DNA of 64,000 nt, from positions 29,579 to 93,578 of the forward strand of contig JBCCCR010000022.1 of assembly GCA_039033415.1 (NCBI GenBank), read 5' to 3'. Each line of letters starts with the position of its first letter. Within the stretch, counting starts at the first letter, position 1. The position numbers and the translations under genes were made by a program. Positions 17,323 through 25,435 of this stretch are shown here, piece after piece. The notes beneath the pieces were generated by a model. That model was not told where the DNA came from, searched no databases, and saw nothing but the letters and a program-made list of their open reading frames with translations. The DNA is from Pseudomonadota bacterium (GTDB lineage: Bacteria; Pseudomonadota; Gammaproteobacteria; Xanthomonadales; SZUA-38).

Positions 17323-19545
17323 ATGCCCACTGATCCGACAACGCTGGAACAGTTCAGCGACCGGCAGCCTTTGCCTGGCGCGAGCGGAAATAGCCTGCTC
17401 GCGAACCTGGACGGCGCACCGGTCCGGCTGCGACGGCTGCCGCTGACACCCGACGCGGTGACGGCGGCCCGGCAGCAGCTGGCGGCTGCGGCCGGCATCA
17501 GCCATCCAGCGATTGTGCCGGACAGCGGTCTGCTGGTGCAGGACGGTGAGGTTTGGGTATGGCGGCCGGAGCTGGAAGGTGAGGCCCCCGTCAGCGACGA
17601 CCAGGAACAGCGGCTGGCGTTCGCCCAGCGCACCTGTGAAGCGCTGGGGCTGATTCATCGAGCGGGCTTTGCGCATGGCGCGGTGGACGGCATACACCTC
17701 ATCATGACGCCCGCGGACGGCCTGAAGCTCGTCGATCCGACGCTCGACGCCGCAGCGACACCCACCCAGGACATGCAGGCACTCGGACGCGTGCTGTTTG
17801 AGTGGGAGACGGGGCAGAGCGCCCAAAATCTTCAGCAGCCGGAGCTGGCCGCCGCGCTCACGCGGCAAGCGGCCCAGCGGCCGCTACCGCCTCGTCTGGC
17901 GCGTCTGATCCTGCAGCTGCTATCCGAAGAACCGCCGGCCGCAACGCTGGCGGCTGAAGACCTCGAGGACATCCGGCTGAGTCTCGCCCGAGCGGATGCC
18001 CAGGTGCAGGCGCACTGGCAAACCGAATCGTATGAGCCGGTCAAAGCCGTCAAGGGCTCGACACCCTCGATTAGCCCGGTGCAACCCGCCGCGCAGCCAC
18101 AATCGAAGGCGCCAGCTTTTATCGCTACCGCCGCCGCCTGCGTGCTGCTGCTGGCGATTGTATTTGTCGTTGGCGTCCTGCCCGACCGGGTTGCCCCCGA
18201 ACCCGAGCGCGTCGCTGAGACCGCGGCCGCTGCGCCCGAGCCGGCAGCGCCCGAACCGCCGCCGCCGGCGGCGGCGCCGCTGAGTCAGGCTGACCTTGAG
18301 CGTCTGCTGCGCCAGCGTGAGTCGGCTCAGGCGGTGCTGGACGAGCTGATCAATCTCCAGCTGGAGCTGGAGGAGCAGCAGGTGGAACGCTGGGCCGAAC
18401 GGCGGTTTGGTGAGGCGCGCGATCTGGCCGCGTCCGGCGATGAGCCGTTTCGCGAGCAGCAGTTCGAGCTCGCGGAAAAGATTTATGCCGATGCGTTTCA
18501 GGAGATGCAGGCTGTTGCAGCGCTTCGTCCCATCATTGTGGCCGAGGCGCTGGAGCGAGGACGTTACGCGTTCGACCGGGGCAACGCGGCGGACGCGAGC
18601 GACGCCTACTCGCTGGCGCTGGCGATCGATCCGGAAAACGAGCAGGCCAAGATCGGTAAAGCCCGGTCCGAAACGCTGGATCGGGTCAAAGCGCTGATGG
18701 CGGACGTCATGGAGGCGCGCGACGAGCTCCGCCTCAGCGACGCCCTGTCGCTGCTAGACCAGGTGCTGGCACTCGACCCCCTGACCGAAGAAGCGGTCGG
18801 GCTCAAAAGTGAACTGCAAACCGAGCTGGCTGACGCGCGCTTTCGCAACGCGATGTCGGACGGGCTGGCCGCGCTGTCGGCAGGCCGCTGGCAGGAGGCG
18901 CGCACGGCGCTGAATCGGGCCGCCAAGCTTGAGCCGGCCAACCGCGCGCCGAAAGACGCGCTGATCGAACTGGAGCGGCGGCAGCGCGATGCGCTGGTCG
19001 CCCGCGATATTGGCAAAGCCCGCACGGCGCAGGATCAGGAGCGCTGGGAAGCGGCCATCAAACACTTCGACGATATCTTAAAGCGCGACCCCAACTCGCG
19101 GGTGGCCCAGGAAGGGCGTGCCCAGGCGGTTGAGCGGCAGGATCTGGACCAGCGGCTCACCTCGCTGCTGCGAGACCCGGCCCAGCTCTGGTCCAACGAG
19201 GGCCGCTCGACGGCGCGTTCGTTGCTTTACGACGCGCGGGCGATCGAGGGTCCTGGCCCGCGGCTGCGCGACCAGCTCGTCCGCCTCGACCAACAGATCG
19301 ACCTTGCGGCGCGGCCGCAGCCGGTGACGCTGGTGTCCGACAACGCCTGCAACGTGGTGGTCTATAAGGTCGCGCGCCTCGGGCAGTTCGACCGGCACCA
19401 GCTTGAGCTGCTGCCCGGCCGCTATACGGCGGTCGGCACGCGCGACGGCTACCGCGATGTCCGCGTCGAATTTATGGTCCCGGCCGACCAGGCGCCGCAG
19501 CCGGTCTCGCTGCGCTGCGAAGAACAGGTCCTGGCGCGAGGCTAA
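17323..19545 (+). CDS. Hanks-kinase-like (apparently catalytically dead) domain - TM helix - coiled coil/TPR repeats - PEGA-like C-terminus
   Basis: Kinase-like blocks 'ISHPAIV', 'LGLIHRAGFAHGAVDGIHLIM', 'LKLVDPTL' and 'ALGRVLFEWETG'. TM helix 'FIATAAACVLLLAIVFVVGVL'. At least 4 TPR-like units ('..ALAIDPENEQA..', '..LALDPLTEEA..', '..AKLEPANRAP..', '..ILKRDPNSRVA..'). Start at ATG 17323. Confidence 0.7.
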   Translation: MPTDPTTLEQFSDRQPLPGASGNSLLANLDGAPVRLRRLPLTPDAVTAARQQLAAAAGISHPAIVPDSGLLVQDGEVWVWRPELEGEAPVSDDQEQRLAFAQRTCEALGLIHRAGFAHGAVDGIHLIMTPADGLKLVDPTLDAAATPTQDMQALGRVLFEWETGQSAQNLQQPELAAALTRQAAQRPLPPRLARLILQLLSEEPPAATLAAEDLEDIRLSLARADAQVQAHWQTESYEPVKAVKGSTPSISPVQPAAQPQSKAPAFIATAAACVLLLAIVFVVGVLPDRVAPEPERVAETAAAAPEPAAPEPPPPAAAPLSQADLERLLRQRESAQAVLDELINLQLELEEQQVERWAERRFGEARDLAASGDEPFREQQFELAEKIYADAFQEMQAVAALRPIIVAEALERGRYAFDRGNAADASDAYSLALAIDPENEQAKIGKARSETLDRVKALMADVMEARDELRLSDALSLLDQVLALDPLTEEAVGLKSELQTELADARFRNAMSDGLAALSAGRWQEARTALNRAAKLEPANRAPKDALIELERRQRDALVARDIGKARTAQDQERWEAAIKHFDDILKRDPNSRVAQEGRAQAVERQDLDQRLTSLLRDPAQLWSNEGRSTARSLLYDARAIEGPGPRLRDQLVRLDQQIDLAARPQPVTLVSDNACNVVVYKVARLGQFDRHQLELLPGRYTAVGTRDGYRDVRVEFMVPADQAPQPVSLRCEEQVLARG

Positions 19546-19604
19546 GTGATGACCAGGAGCAGTGACATCCCCACAGAGAACGCCGGCACGGCGAGGAGCG
19601 GCGC

Positions 19605-21722
19605 ATGAGCGACCTGAAAACGCCCGCGCAGCAGAGCTCGGGTGACGATCACTTTGAGGTCATCACGCCGACCGACTTTCAGCCGGCGGCGGCGACCACC
19701 AGCCGCGGCATTGGCGGCGTGTCGTGGTGGACCGTCGGCAGCTTCGCGCTGCTCGGACTGGTGGCGGGCTGTGCCCTATACCTCTTCACCGCGCGCTCGG
19801 TCCTGATCGACATCGCGCCGGCCCCCGACTCGATGGAGCTGGACGGGGCGCTGCTGTTTCCGCTGAAGCTCGGCGAGCGGTGGCTGCTGCACCCTGGCGG
19901 CTACACGGTGGAGGCGACCCTCGAGGGCTATCATCCGCTCAAGACCGACTTTGCCGTGCTGTCGGAAGACGGCCAGCAGTTTGCCTTCACCATGGACAAG
20001 CTGCCTGGACTGCTCAGCGTGACGGCCGGTGACGTGCCCGGTGCCCACGTCTGGGTGGACGGTCAGCCGCTGAGCCCCGCGCCGCTCAGCCAGCACGAGC
20101 TGGAACCCGGCACCTATCAGCTGACGGTGCGCGCGCCCCGCTATCGCGACTTCGACCAGACCATCGACATCGAGGGCAAGCAGATCGAGCAGACCGTTGC
20201 GGCGGTCCTCGAGCCCGCCTGGGCCGACGTTCAGCTGACGAGCACCCCGGCCGGGGCCACGCTTTACGTGGACGGCGATCCGGTGGGGGAAACGCCGCTG
20301 ACGGCGCAGATCCTCGAAGGCGAACGCGACCTGTCGCTGCAGCTTGAGGGCTACAAAGATTGGGCCACCGGCCTCACCCTGACCGCCGGCGCTGAGCTGG
20401 CGCTGCCGACGGTGGAGCTGACGCCGGCTGACACCCTGGTCACCGTGGCCAGCACCCCTAGCGGTGCCAGCGTGACCGTGGAAGGCGAGTATCGCGGACA
20501 AACGCCGCTGCGGCTGGCGCTGGCGCCGGGCCGTTCTTACCGCATGGGCTTCACTCGGGCTGGCTACCAGTCGCGGCAGCGCGTCGTGGACGTGGCTGAG
20601 GGTGATGACACCCGGCTCAACATCCGGCTTCAGCCAATCCTCGGGGTTGTGCAGATGGCGGGTGAACCCGAAGATGCCGAGGTTTATGTCGACGGCGTAT
20701 TCCAGGGCCGGCTGAACGACCGCTTCGAGCTGGCGGCGCATCCGCAGCGCATCGAGGTGCGGCGCGAGGGCTATCAGCCTTACAGCACCACCGTGACGCC
20801 GAGCCCAAACCAGGAGCAGCTGCTGAACGTGGAGCTCACCAGTTTCGCGGACGCGGCGGCTGAGGCCAATCCAGACACCCTGGTGACCAGCACCGGCTAT
20901 GAGCTCAAGCTGATCCGGCCCAGCGGCGTGTATCGCCTGGGCAGCCCGCGGCGCGAGCAGGGTCGGCGCTCCAACGAATTCATCCGCCAGGTCCAGCTGG
21001 AGAAGCCGTTTTATCTCGGCACCCGGGAAGTGACCAACCTTCAGTTTAAGGCGTTCAGCTCGAGCCACGACTCCGGCATCGCGAGCACCAACAGCCTGAG
21101 CCTGAAGGATCAGCCGGTGGTGCGGATCAGCTGGGATCAGGCTGCGCGGTTCTGTAACTGGCTCAGCGCCAAAGAAGGCCTGCCCGCGGCTTATCAGGAG
21201 AGCAATGGCGTGATGGTGCCGGTCACTCCGATGACCATCGGCTATCGGCTGCCCAGCGAAGCGGAGTGGGCTTATGCTGCCCGCTATGGCGGCGGCTCCC
21301 AGTCCGCGCGCAAATATCCGTGGGGTGAGCAGATGCCGCCGCCGGGCGCCGCCGGCAACTTTGCCGGCACGGAGTCCAGCAGTGAGGTGGAGCGCGGCCT
21401 GTCGAACTACACCGACGAATATCCCGTCAGCGCGCCGGTGGCGCGTTACGGCAGCAGCTCGCTGGGGCTGCACGATCTGGGTGGCAACGTGCACGAGTGG
21501 ATTCACGACTACTACCTGATCAGCAGCAGCGGCCTCGGCAAATCGCCGCTCGATCCGCTGGGCGCGGCGGAAGGCAACAATCACGTGATCCGCGGCTCCA
21601 GCTGGCGCAGCGGCAGCATCACGGAGCTACGTTTGGCCTGGCGCGACCAGGGCTCCGGCGGCAAGGACGACATCGGCTTCCGCGTGGCGCGCTACATCGA
21701 CCAGGGCGGAGGAACGCCATGA
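19605..21722 (+). CDS. TM-anchored protein with about 5 PEGA-like repeats and a C-terminal FGE/SUMF1-type (formylglycine-generating-enzyme-like) domain
   Basis: TM helix 'WWTVGSFALLGLVAGCALYLF'. PEGA-like units such as 'TSTPAGATLYVDGDPVGETP...LEGYKDW' and 'ASTPSGASVTVEGEYRGQTP...RAGYQS'. FGE-like blocks 'VTNLQFKAF', 'ISWDQAARFCNWLS', 'YRLPSEAEWAYAARYG', 'GNVHEWIHD' and 'VIRGSSWRS'. GAGGAG SD 7 nt upstream. Confidence 0.8.
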   Translation: MSDLKTPAQQSSGDDHFEVITPTDFQPAAATTSRGIGGVSWWTVGSFALLGLVAGCALYLFTARSVLIDIAPAPDSMELDGALLFPLKLGERWLLHPGGYTVEATLEGYHPLKTDFAVLSEDGQQFAFTMDKLPGLLSVTAGDVPGAHVWVDGQPLSPAPLSQHELEPGTYQLTVRAPRYRDFDQTIDIEGKQIEQTVAAVLEPAWADVQLTSTPAGATLYVDGDPVGETPLTAQILEGERDLSLQLEGYKDWATGLTLTAGAELALPTVELTPADTLVTVASTPSGASVTVEGEYRGQTPLRLALAPGRSYRMGFTRAGYQSRQRVVDVAEGDDTRLNIRLQPILGVVQMAGEPEDAEVYVDGVFQGRLNDRFELAAHPQRIEVRREGYQPYSTTVTPSPNQEQLLNVELTSFADAAAEANPDTLVTSTGYELKLIRPSGVYRLGSPRREQGRRSNEFIRQVQLEKPFYLGTREVTNLQFKAFSSSHDSGIASTNSLSLKDQPVVRISWDQAARFCNWLSAKEGLPAAYQESNGVMVPVTPMTIGYRLPSEAEWAYAARYGGGSQSARKYPWGEQMPPPGAAGNFAGTESSSEVERGLSNYTDEYPVSAPVARYGSSSLGLHDLGGNVHEWIHDYYLISSSGLGKSPLDPLGAAEGNNHVIRGSSWRSGSITELRLAWRDQGSGGKDDIGFRVARYIDQGGGTP

Positions 21723-22042
21723 ACCAAAATGCCTTAAAGATCATGCTGGCTATGCTGCTCGGTCTCGGCCTTACAGGGCTGGCGGCCGGTCAGGCTGACG
21801 ACGCCGCCGACAAGTCGGAGACGGCCGAGGAGGCCAACGAATCCGCCGCGGAGTTCGACCCCGCGGTATGCCAGGAGCCGCCGGCGGAAGGGGAGACCCT
21901 ACCGTCCGAATGCGCGGAGCTGGCGGGCGAAGGGCCTACCAACGACGTCGACGCGGGTGAAATGCGCGCCACGATGCGTCGCTTCGTCCCGAGCGAACAA
22001 ATCTCGGAAGACAGCTCAGTGGCGTTTCCCAACGACATCTGA
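21719..22042 (+). CDS. small secreted acidic protein (107 aa)
   Basis: ATG 21719 overlaps the upstream stop (ATGA). Signal peptide 'MNQNALKIMLAMLLGLGLTGLAAG', then a D/E-rich region with 2 Cys. The track ORF starting at 21497 is an upstream extension that overlaps the FGE-like gene. Confidence 0.6.
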   Translation: MNQNALKIMLAMLLGLGLTGLAAGQADDAADKSETAEEANESAAEFDPAVCQEPPAEGETLPSECAELAGEGPTNDVDAGEMRATMRRFVPSEQISEDSSVAFPNDI

Positions 22043-22104
22043 GCTGACTGCGAGCCTCATTTAAGTATTGATACCCAAGCGGTTTTTATAGGAATAAGAT
22101 CAAC

Positions 22105-22932
22105 ATGGACGGTACTGTCAGGACACCCACAACGATGAAAAAAGGTTTCCCGGTTGAGTTTGTGTTTCAGCTTTTTGCGCTGCTCGTGTCGGTGCTGATT
22201 GTGCATACCGTGTACGTCACGGTGGTGCGCCCGGCGGCCGCTGAGGTGATGCAGGCGCAGACGCAGGCGATCGCAGAAGACCCCAACTACGTGCCGGAGC
22301 GATCCGTTTACGTTCTGATCCGGGACTTTGAGCAGGAGGCCTGTTTTGTGCTGCTGTTCTGGGCGCTGGCGATTATGGCCTACAAAGCCTATCGGGGTTT
22401 GCGGGAGCGCCGGCTGCTCGAACAGGTGCTTATGCCCGTCGGCGACGGCATCAGTATCCTGCCGGAAGACACGCGCGAATACTCGCGCCCACTGCAGGCG
22501 CTGCCCGATCAGGAGCGCCGCTTTCTATTGCCCAAGGTGCTGCTGACGGCGCTGCACCGCTTTCGCTCCACGCGGGACATCCAGAGCGTGGCGACCACGG
22601 TGCGCGAGCTCTGTGAGCAGGAGGCGGAGCGCCTCGAATCGGAGCTCTCGATGGTGCGCTACATCGCCTGGGCGATTCCCTCCATTGGATTTATCGGCAC
22701 CGTGCGCGGGATCGGTGAAGCGCTGGCGCAGGCCCACAAGGCCGTGGAGGGTGACATCACCGGCGTCACGGACTCGCTAGGCGTGGCGTTTAACTCCACG
22801 TTTATTGCGCTGGTCCTGAGTATCTTTCTGATGTTTCTGATGCACCAGCTCCAGCTGATGCAGGAGCGCCTGTCGCTGGACGCGCAGGACTACGCCGAAG
22901 AAAACCTGATCGGGAAGCTGCGTGAGTCGTAA
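22105..22932 (+). CDS. MotA/TolQ/ExbB-family proton-channel protein
   Basis: N-terminal TM helix, a long cytoplasmic segment, then a TM2/TM3 pair 'YIAWAIPSIGFIGTVRGIGEAL' ... 'GVAFNSTFIALVLSIFLMFLMHQ'. This mirrors the ExbB/TolQ '..P.(L/I)G(L/F).GTV.GI' signature. Confidence 0.8.
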   Translation: MDGTVRTPTTMKKGFPVEFVFQLFALLVSVLIVHTVYVTVVRPAAAEVMQAQTQAIAEDPNYVPERSVYVLIRDFEQEACFVLLFWALAIMAYKAYRGLRERRLLEQVLMPVGDGISILPEDTREYSRPLQALPDQERRFLLPKVLLTALHRFRSTRDIQSVATTVRELCEQEAERLESELSMVRYIAWAIPSIGFIGTVRGIGEALAQAHKAVEGDITGVTDSLGVAFNSTFIALVLSIFLMFLMHQLQLMQERLSLDAQDYAEENLIGKLRES

Positions 22933-22974
22933 GCTCGCCAGCAGCAGTGTCTCCAACCGCGGGGTGAGCCGCCC

Positions 22975-24357
22975 GTGATCGGCGTTGTCGAACTCAATGA
23001 CGCCGGCCTGCTGGTAGCGGCTGACGGCACCGAGCTGCTGGAGAGCCCGGGCTACCTGGCGTTTGAAGGCAAAAACCTTCATGTCGGGGCGGCCGCGGCG
23101 CAGCGCGTCAAGCTGATCCCCACGCAGACCCAGTACGCCTTCTGGGAATACTTTGCGAGCGAAACGCTCCCGACGGGCCAGCTGCCCCAGGCGGGCCTGA
23201 AACACGCGGATCTCGCCTATCGTCACCTGGAGCGCCTGTGGAGCATCGTCGGCAAGGACCTCAAGCAGCTGGTGCTGTGTGTACCGGCCGACTGGGGCCG
23301 GGCGGAGCTCGGTCTGCTGCTGGGGATCTGCCAGACGCTCAAGATTCCCGTGCGCGCGCTGGTCAATGTGGCGCTGGCGGCCAGCGCGATGCCCCAGCCC
23401 GGGCGTACGCTGATGCACCTGGACATCCATCTGCACCGGCTGGTGCTGAGCACGCTGGACCAGGGGCCGTGGCTGTCGCAGGCGGCGGTTGAGAGCACCC
23501 GAGAGGTGGGCCTGCTGCGGCTGCTCGACGGCTGGGCGTTTGCAGCGGCCGGCGCGTTTGTGCAGGCCACCCGCTTTGACCCGCTCCACCAGGCGCAGAC
23601 CGAGCAGCAGCTGTTCGATCGGCTGCCGGCGTGGCTGGCGGCGGCAAGCGGGCGCCGCCAGCTGTCGCTCAGCGTAGATCACAACGGCAATACGGTTGAG
23701 GCGCGGGCGCCTTCACAAATCTTCCGGGATGCCGCGGAACCCCTGTATCGCCGCATGGCGGAATTTGTCGGCTCACACCTTGCCGGCGTTGACCCGGTGT
23801 CGCTGGTGATCAGCCCGCGGCTTGCGGTTCTGCCGGGTGTCAGCGAGGAGCTGGCCGCGCTGCCGAACGTCCAGCTGATTCCGGGCGGACGGCTGGACTT
23901 CGCCGGCGTGCTGAATCGACTGTACCTGCCGCGGGACGCCGGCAAGGGTGGTGCGGTGAACGTCACCCGCATCCCCTGGTTCAAATCGGAGGACCAGGCG
24001 AGCCATGAGGCGCCGGGCAGCGCCCGCGCTTCGGCCCCGACCCATCTGCTCCACGAGCACACCGCCTACCGGCTGGCGGCGGGACAGCCGTTTGTAGTCG
24101 GCGCTGGCGTCCAGCAAAACGATGGGCTGAAGCTGGGCGGGGGCGGCGTGGGTGAGCGGCACTTCAGGCTGCGCCAGGAAAGTACCGGTTGGCTGCTGGA
24201 GGATCTGTCCGGCGGCGCCACCCGCATCAACGGCGAGCCGCTGGAGGGCCGCCGACCGGTTTCCGCCGGGGACCGCATCCAGCTTGGCAACCCGGCCCAG
24301 GAGCTGATCCTCATCGCCGAAGCCGCCACCGTGAGGTCTCCCAGTGCCGCGTCGTAA
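22975..24357 (+). CDS. cytoplasmic Hsp70/actin-like (ASKHA-fold-like, degenerate) protein with a C-terminal FHA-like domain
   Basis: The N-terminal region parallels Hsp70 blocks: 'IGVVELNDAGLLVAA' vs 'IGIDLGTTNS', 'LVLCVPADWGRAELGLLLGICQTLKIPVRALVNVALAASA' vs 'AVITVPAYFND..AG..V.RIINEPTAAALA', and 'LMHLDIHLHRLVLS' vs 'VLVFDLGGGTFDVS'. The C-terminus 'ERHFRLRQESTGWLLEDLSGGATRINGEPLEGRRPVSAGDRIQLG' is FHA-like. GTG start. Confidence 0.6.
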   Translation: MIGVVELNDAGLLVAADGTELLESPGYLAFEGKNLHVGAAAAQRVKLIPTQTQYAFWEYFASETLPTGQLPQAGLKHADLAYRHLERLWSIVGKDLKQLVLCVPADWGRAELGLLLGICQTLKIPVRALVNVALAASAMPQPGRTLMHLDIHLHRLVLSTLDQGPWLSQAAVESTREVGLLRLLDGWAFAAAGAFVQATRFDPLHQAQTEQQLFDRLPAWLAAASGRRQLSLSVDHNGNTVEARAPSQIFRDAAEPLYRRMAEFVGSHLAGVDPVSLVISPRLAVLPGVSEELAALPNVQLIPGGRLDFAGVLNRLYLPRDAGKGGAVNVTRIPWFKSEDQASHEAPGSARASAPTHLLHEHTAYRLAAGQPFVVGAGVQQNDGLKLGGGGVGERHFRLRQESTGWLLEDLSGGATRINGEPLEGRRPVSAGDRIQLGNPAQELILIAEAATVRSPSAAS

Positions 24358-25435
24358 GCGCCAATTTAACGCCTTCAACCTGTCGTTTCTGGACATCATG
24401 TCCTGCGGCTTCGGCGCGGTGATCCTGTTTTTTGTGATCATCAATCACGCCCAGGACGAGCGGAACGACGACCTGACGGCGGACCTCTCCGGTGAGGTCA
24501 ACCTGGTGGAAACCGAGCTCAAGCTGGAGCAGCTGAACCTGGCGAAACTGCAGAACGCGCTGACGGAGGTCGAAGAGGAGATCGTGACGGCCCAGGGGGC
24601 TTCCGATCGTCTGCTGTCCGAGGTGGACGACACCGAGAAGGAGCTGTCGGAGCAGGACGCGGAGACCGCCGCCAAGCGCGAGCATATGAACCAGCTCATC
24701 ACCGATCTGAAGGCGCTGGAAAAGGAGCGCGACCGGCTACAGCAGCTCGAGACCGAAGGTGGCGAGAGCGTTCGCAGCTACACCGGCGAAGGTGACCGGC
24801 AGTACCTGACCGGGCTTCGGGTTGGCGGCCGGCGAATTGCCATCTTTGTGGACGCGTCAGCCTCCATGCTGGACGAGACGATCGTCAACGTGATCCGGCG
24901 CCGCAACCTGCCGGACGAGCAAAAGCTGCGGGCGGACAAGTGGCAGCGGGTTGTTCGGACCGTTGACTGGATTACGACGCAGGTGCCGGAAAACGCGCAG
25001 TTTCAGGTGTATACCTTCAATACCAAGGCCACGCCGGCGCTCGAGGGCACCGACGGCCAGTGGCTGGACGTGGAAAAAGGGCGCCGCCTGGATGAGGCGG
25101 TGGACCGGATTCGCAGCATCATTCCCACCGGCGGCACGCGGCTTCACTCGGTCACTGAAACCATCAACCGGATGAATCCACTGCCGGACAACGTGTTTCT
25201 GCTGGTGGACGGGTTGCCGACCCAGGGGCTGAATCCGGCCACCAAACGCGGCACCGTCACGTCCCGAGAGCGGGAGCGGTTTTTTTACGACGCCACCGCC
25301 GACCTGCCGATCGGCGTGCCGGTCAACACGATCCTGTTTCCCATGGAGGGTGATCCGAAGGCCGCCAGCGGCTTCTGGCGCCTGGCGATCCTCAGCGGCG
25401 GCTCGTTCATCACGCCCGCGAAGGACTGGCCATGA
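24344..25435 (+). CDS. ExbD/TolR/MotB-like TM helix (Asp17) - about 90-aa coiled coil - vWA domain protein, paralog 1
   Basis: 'MPRRKRQFNAFNLSFLDIMSCGFGAVILFFVII' has a basic N-terminus and a TM helix with Asp (codon 24392-94). Heptad-rich segment at about aa 45-137. vWA domain with MIDAS 'DASAS' (aa 170-174). GTG start has GAGG 7 nt upstream and a 14-nt overlap with the upstream gene. Confidence 0.75.
   Translation: MPRRKRQFNAFNLSFLDIMSCGFGAVILFFVIINHAQDERNDDLTADLSGEVNLVETELKLEQLNLAKLQNALTEVEEEIVTAQGASDRLLSEVDDTEKELSEQDAETAAKREHMNQLITDLKALEKERDRLQQLETEGGESVRSYTGEGDRQYLTGLRVGGRRIAIFVDASASMLDETIVNVIRRRNLPDEQKLRADKWQRVVRTVDWITTQVPENAQFQVYTFNTKATPALEGTDGQWLDVEKGRRLDEAVDRIRSIIPTGGTRLHSVTETINRMNPLPDNVFLLVDGLPTQGLNPATKRGTVTSRERERFFYDATADLPIGVPVNTILFPMEGDPKAASGFWRLAILSGGSFITPAKDWP

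Noticed and set aside
19776-21584. 602-aa minus-strand ORF
   Set aside because: It is antisense to the PEGA-FGE gene, Arg/Ala/Gly/Leu-rich, and has no recognisable motifs. This is a typical shadow ORF of a high-GC coding strand, whereas the plus-strand product has clear domain signatures.
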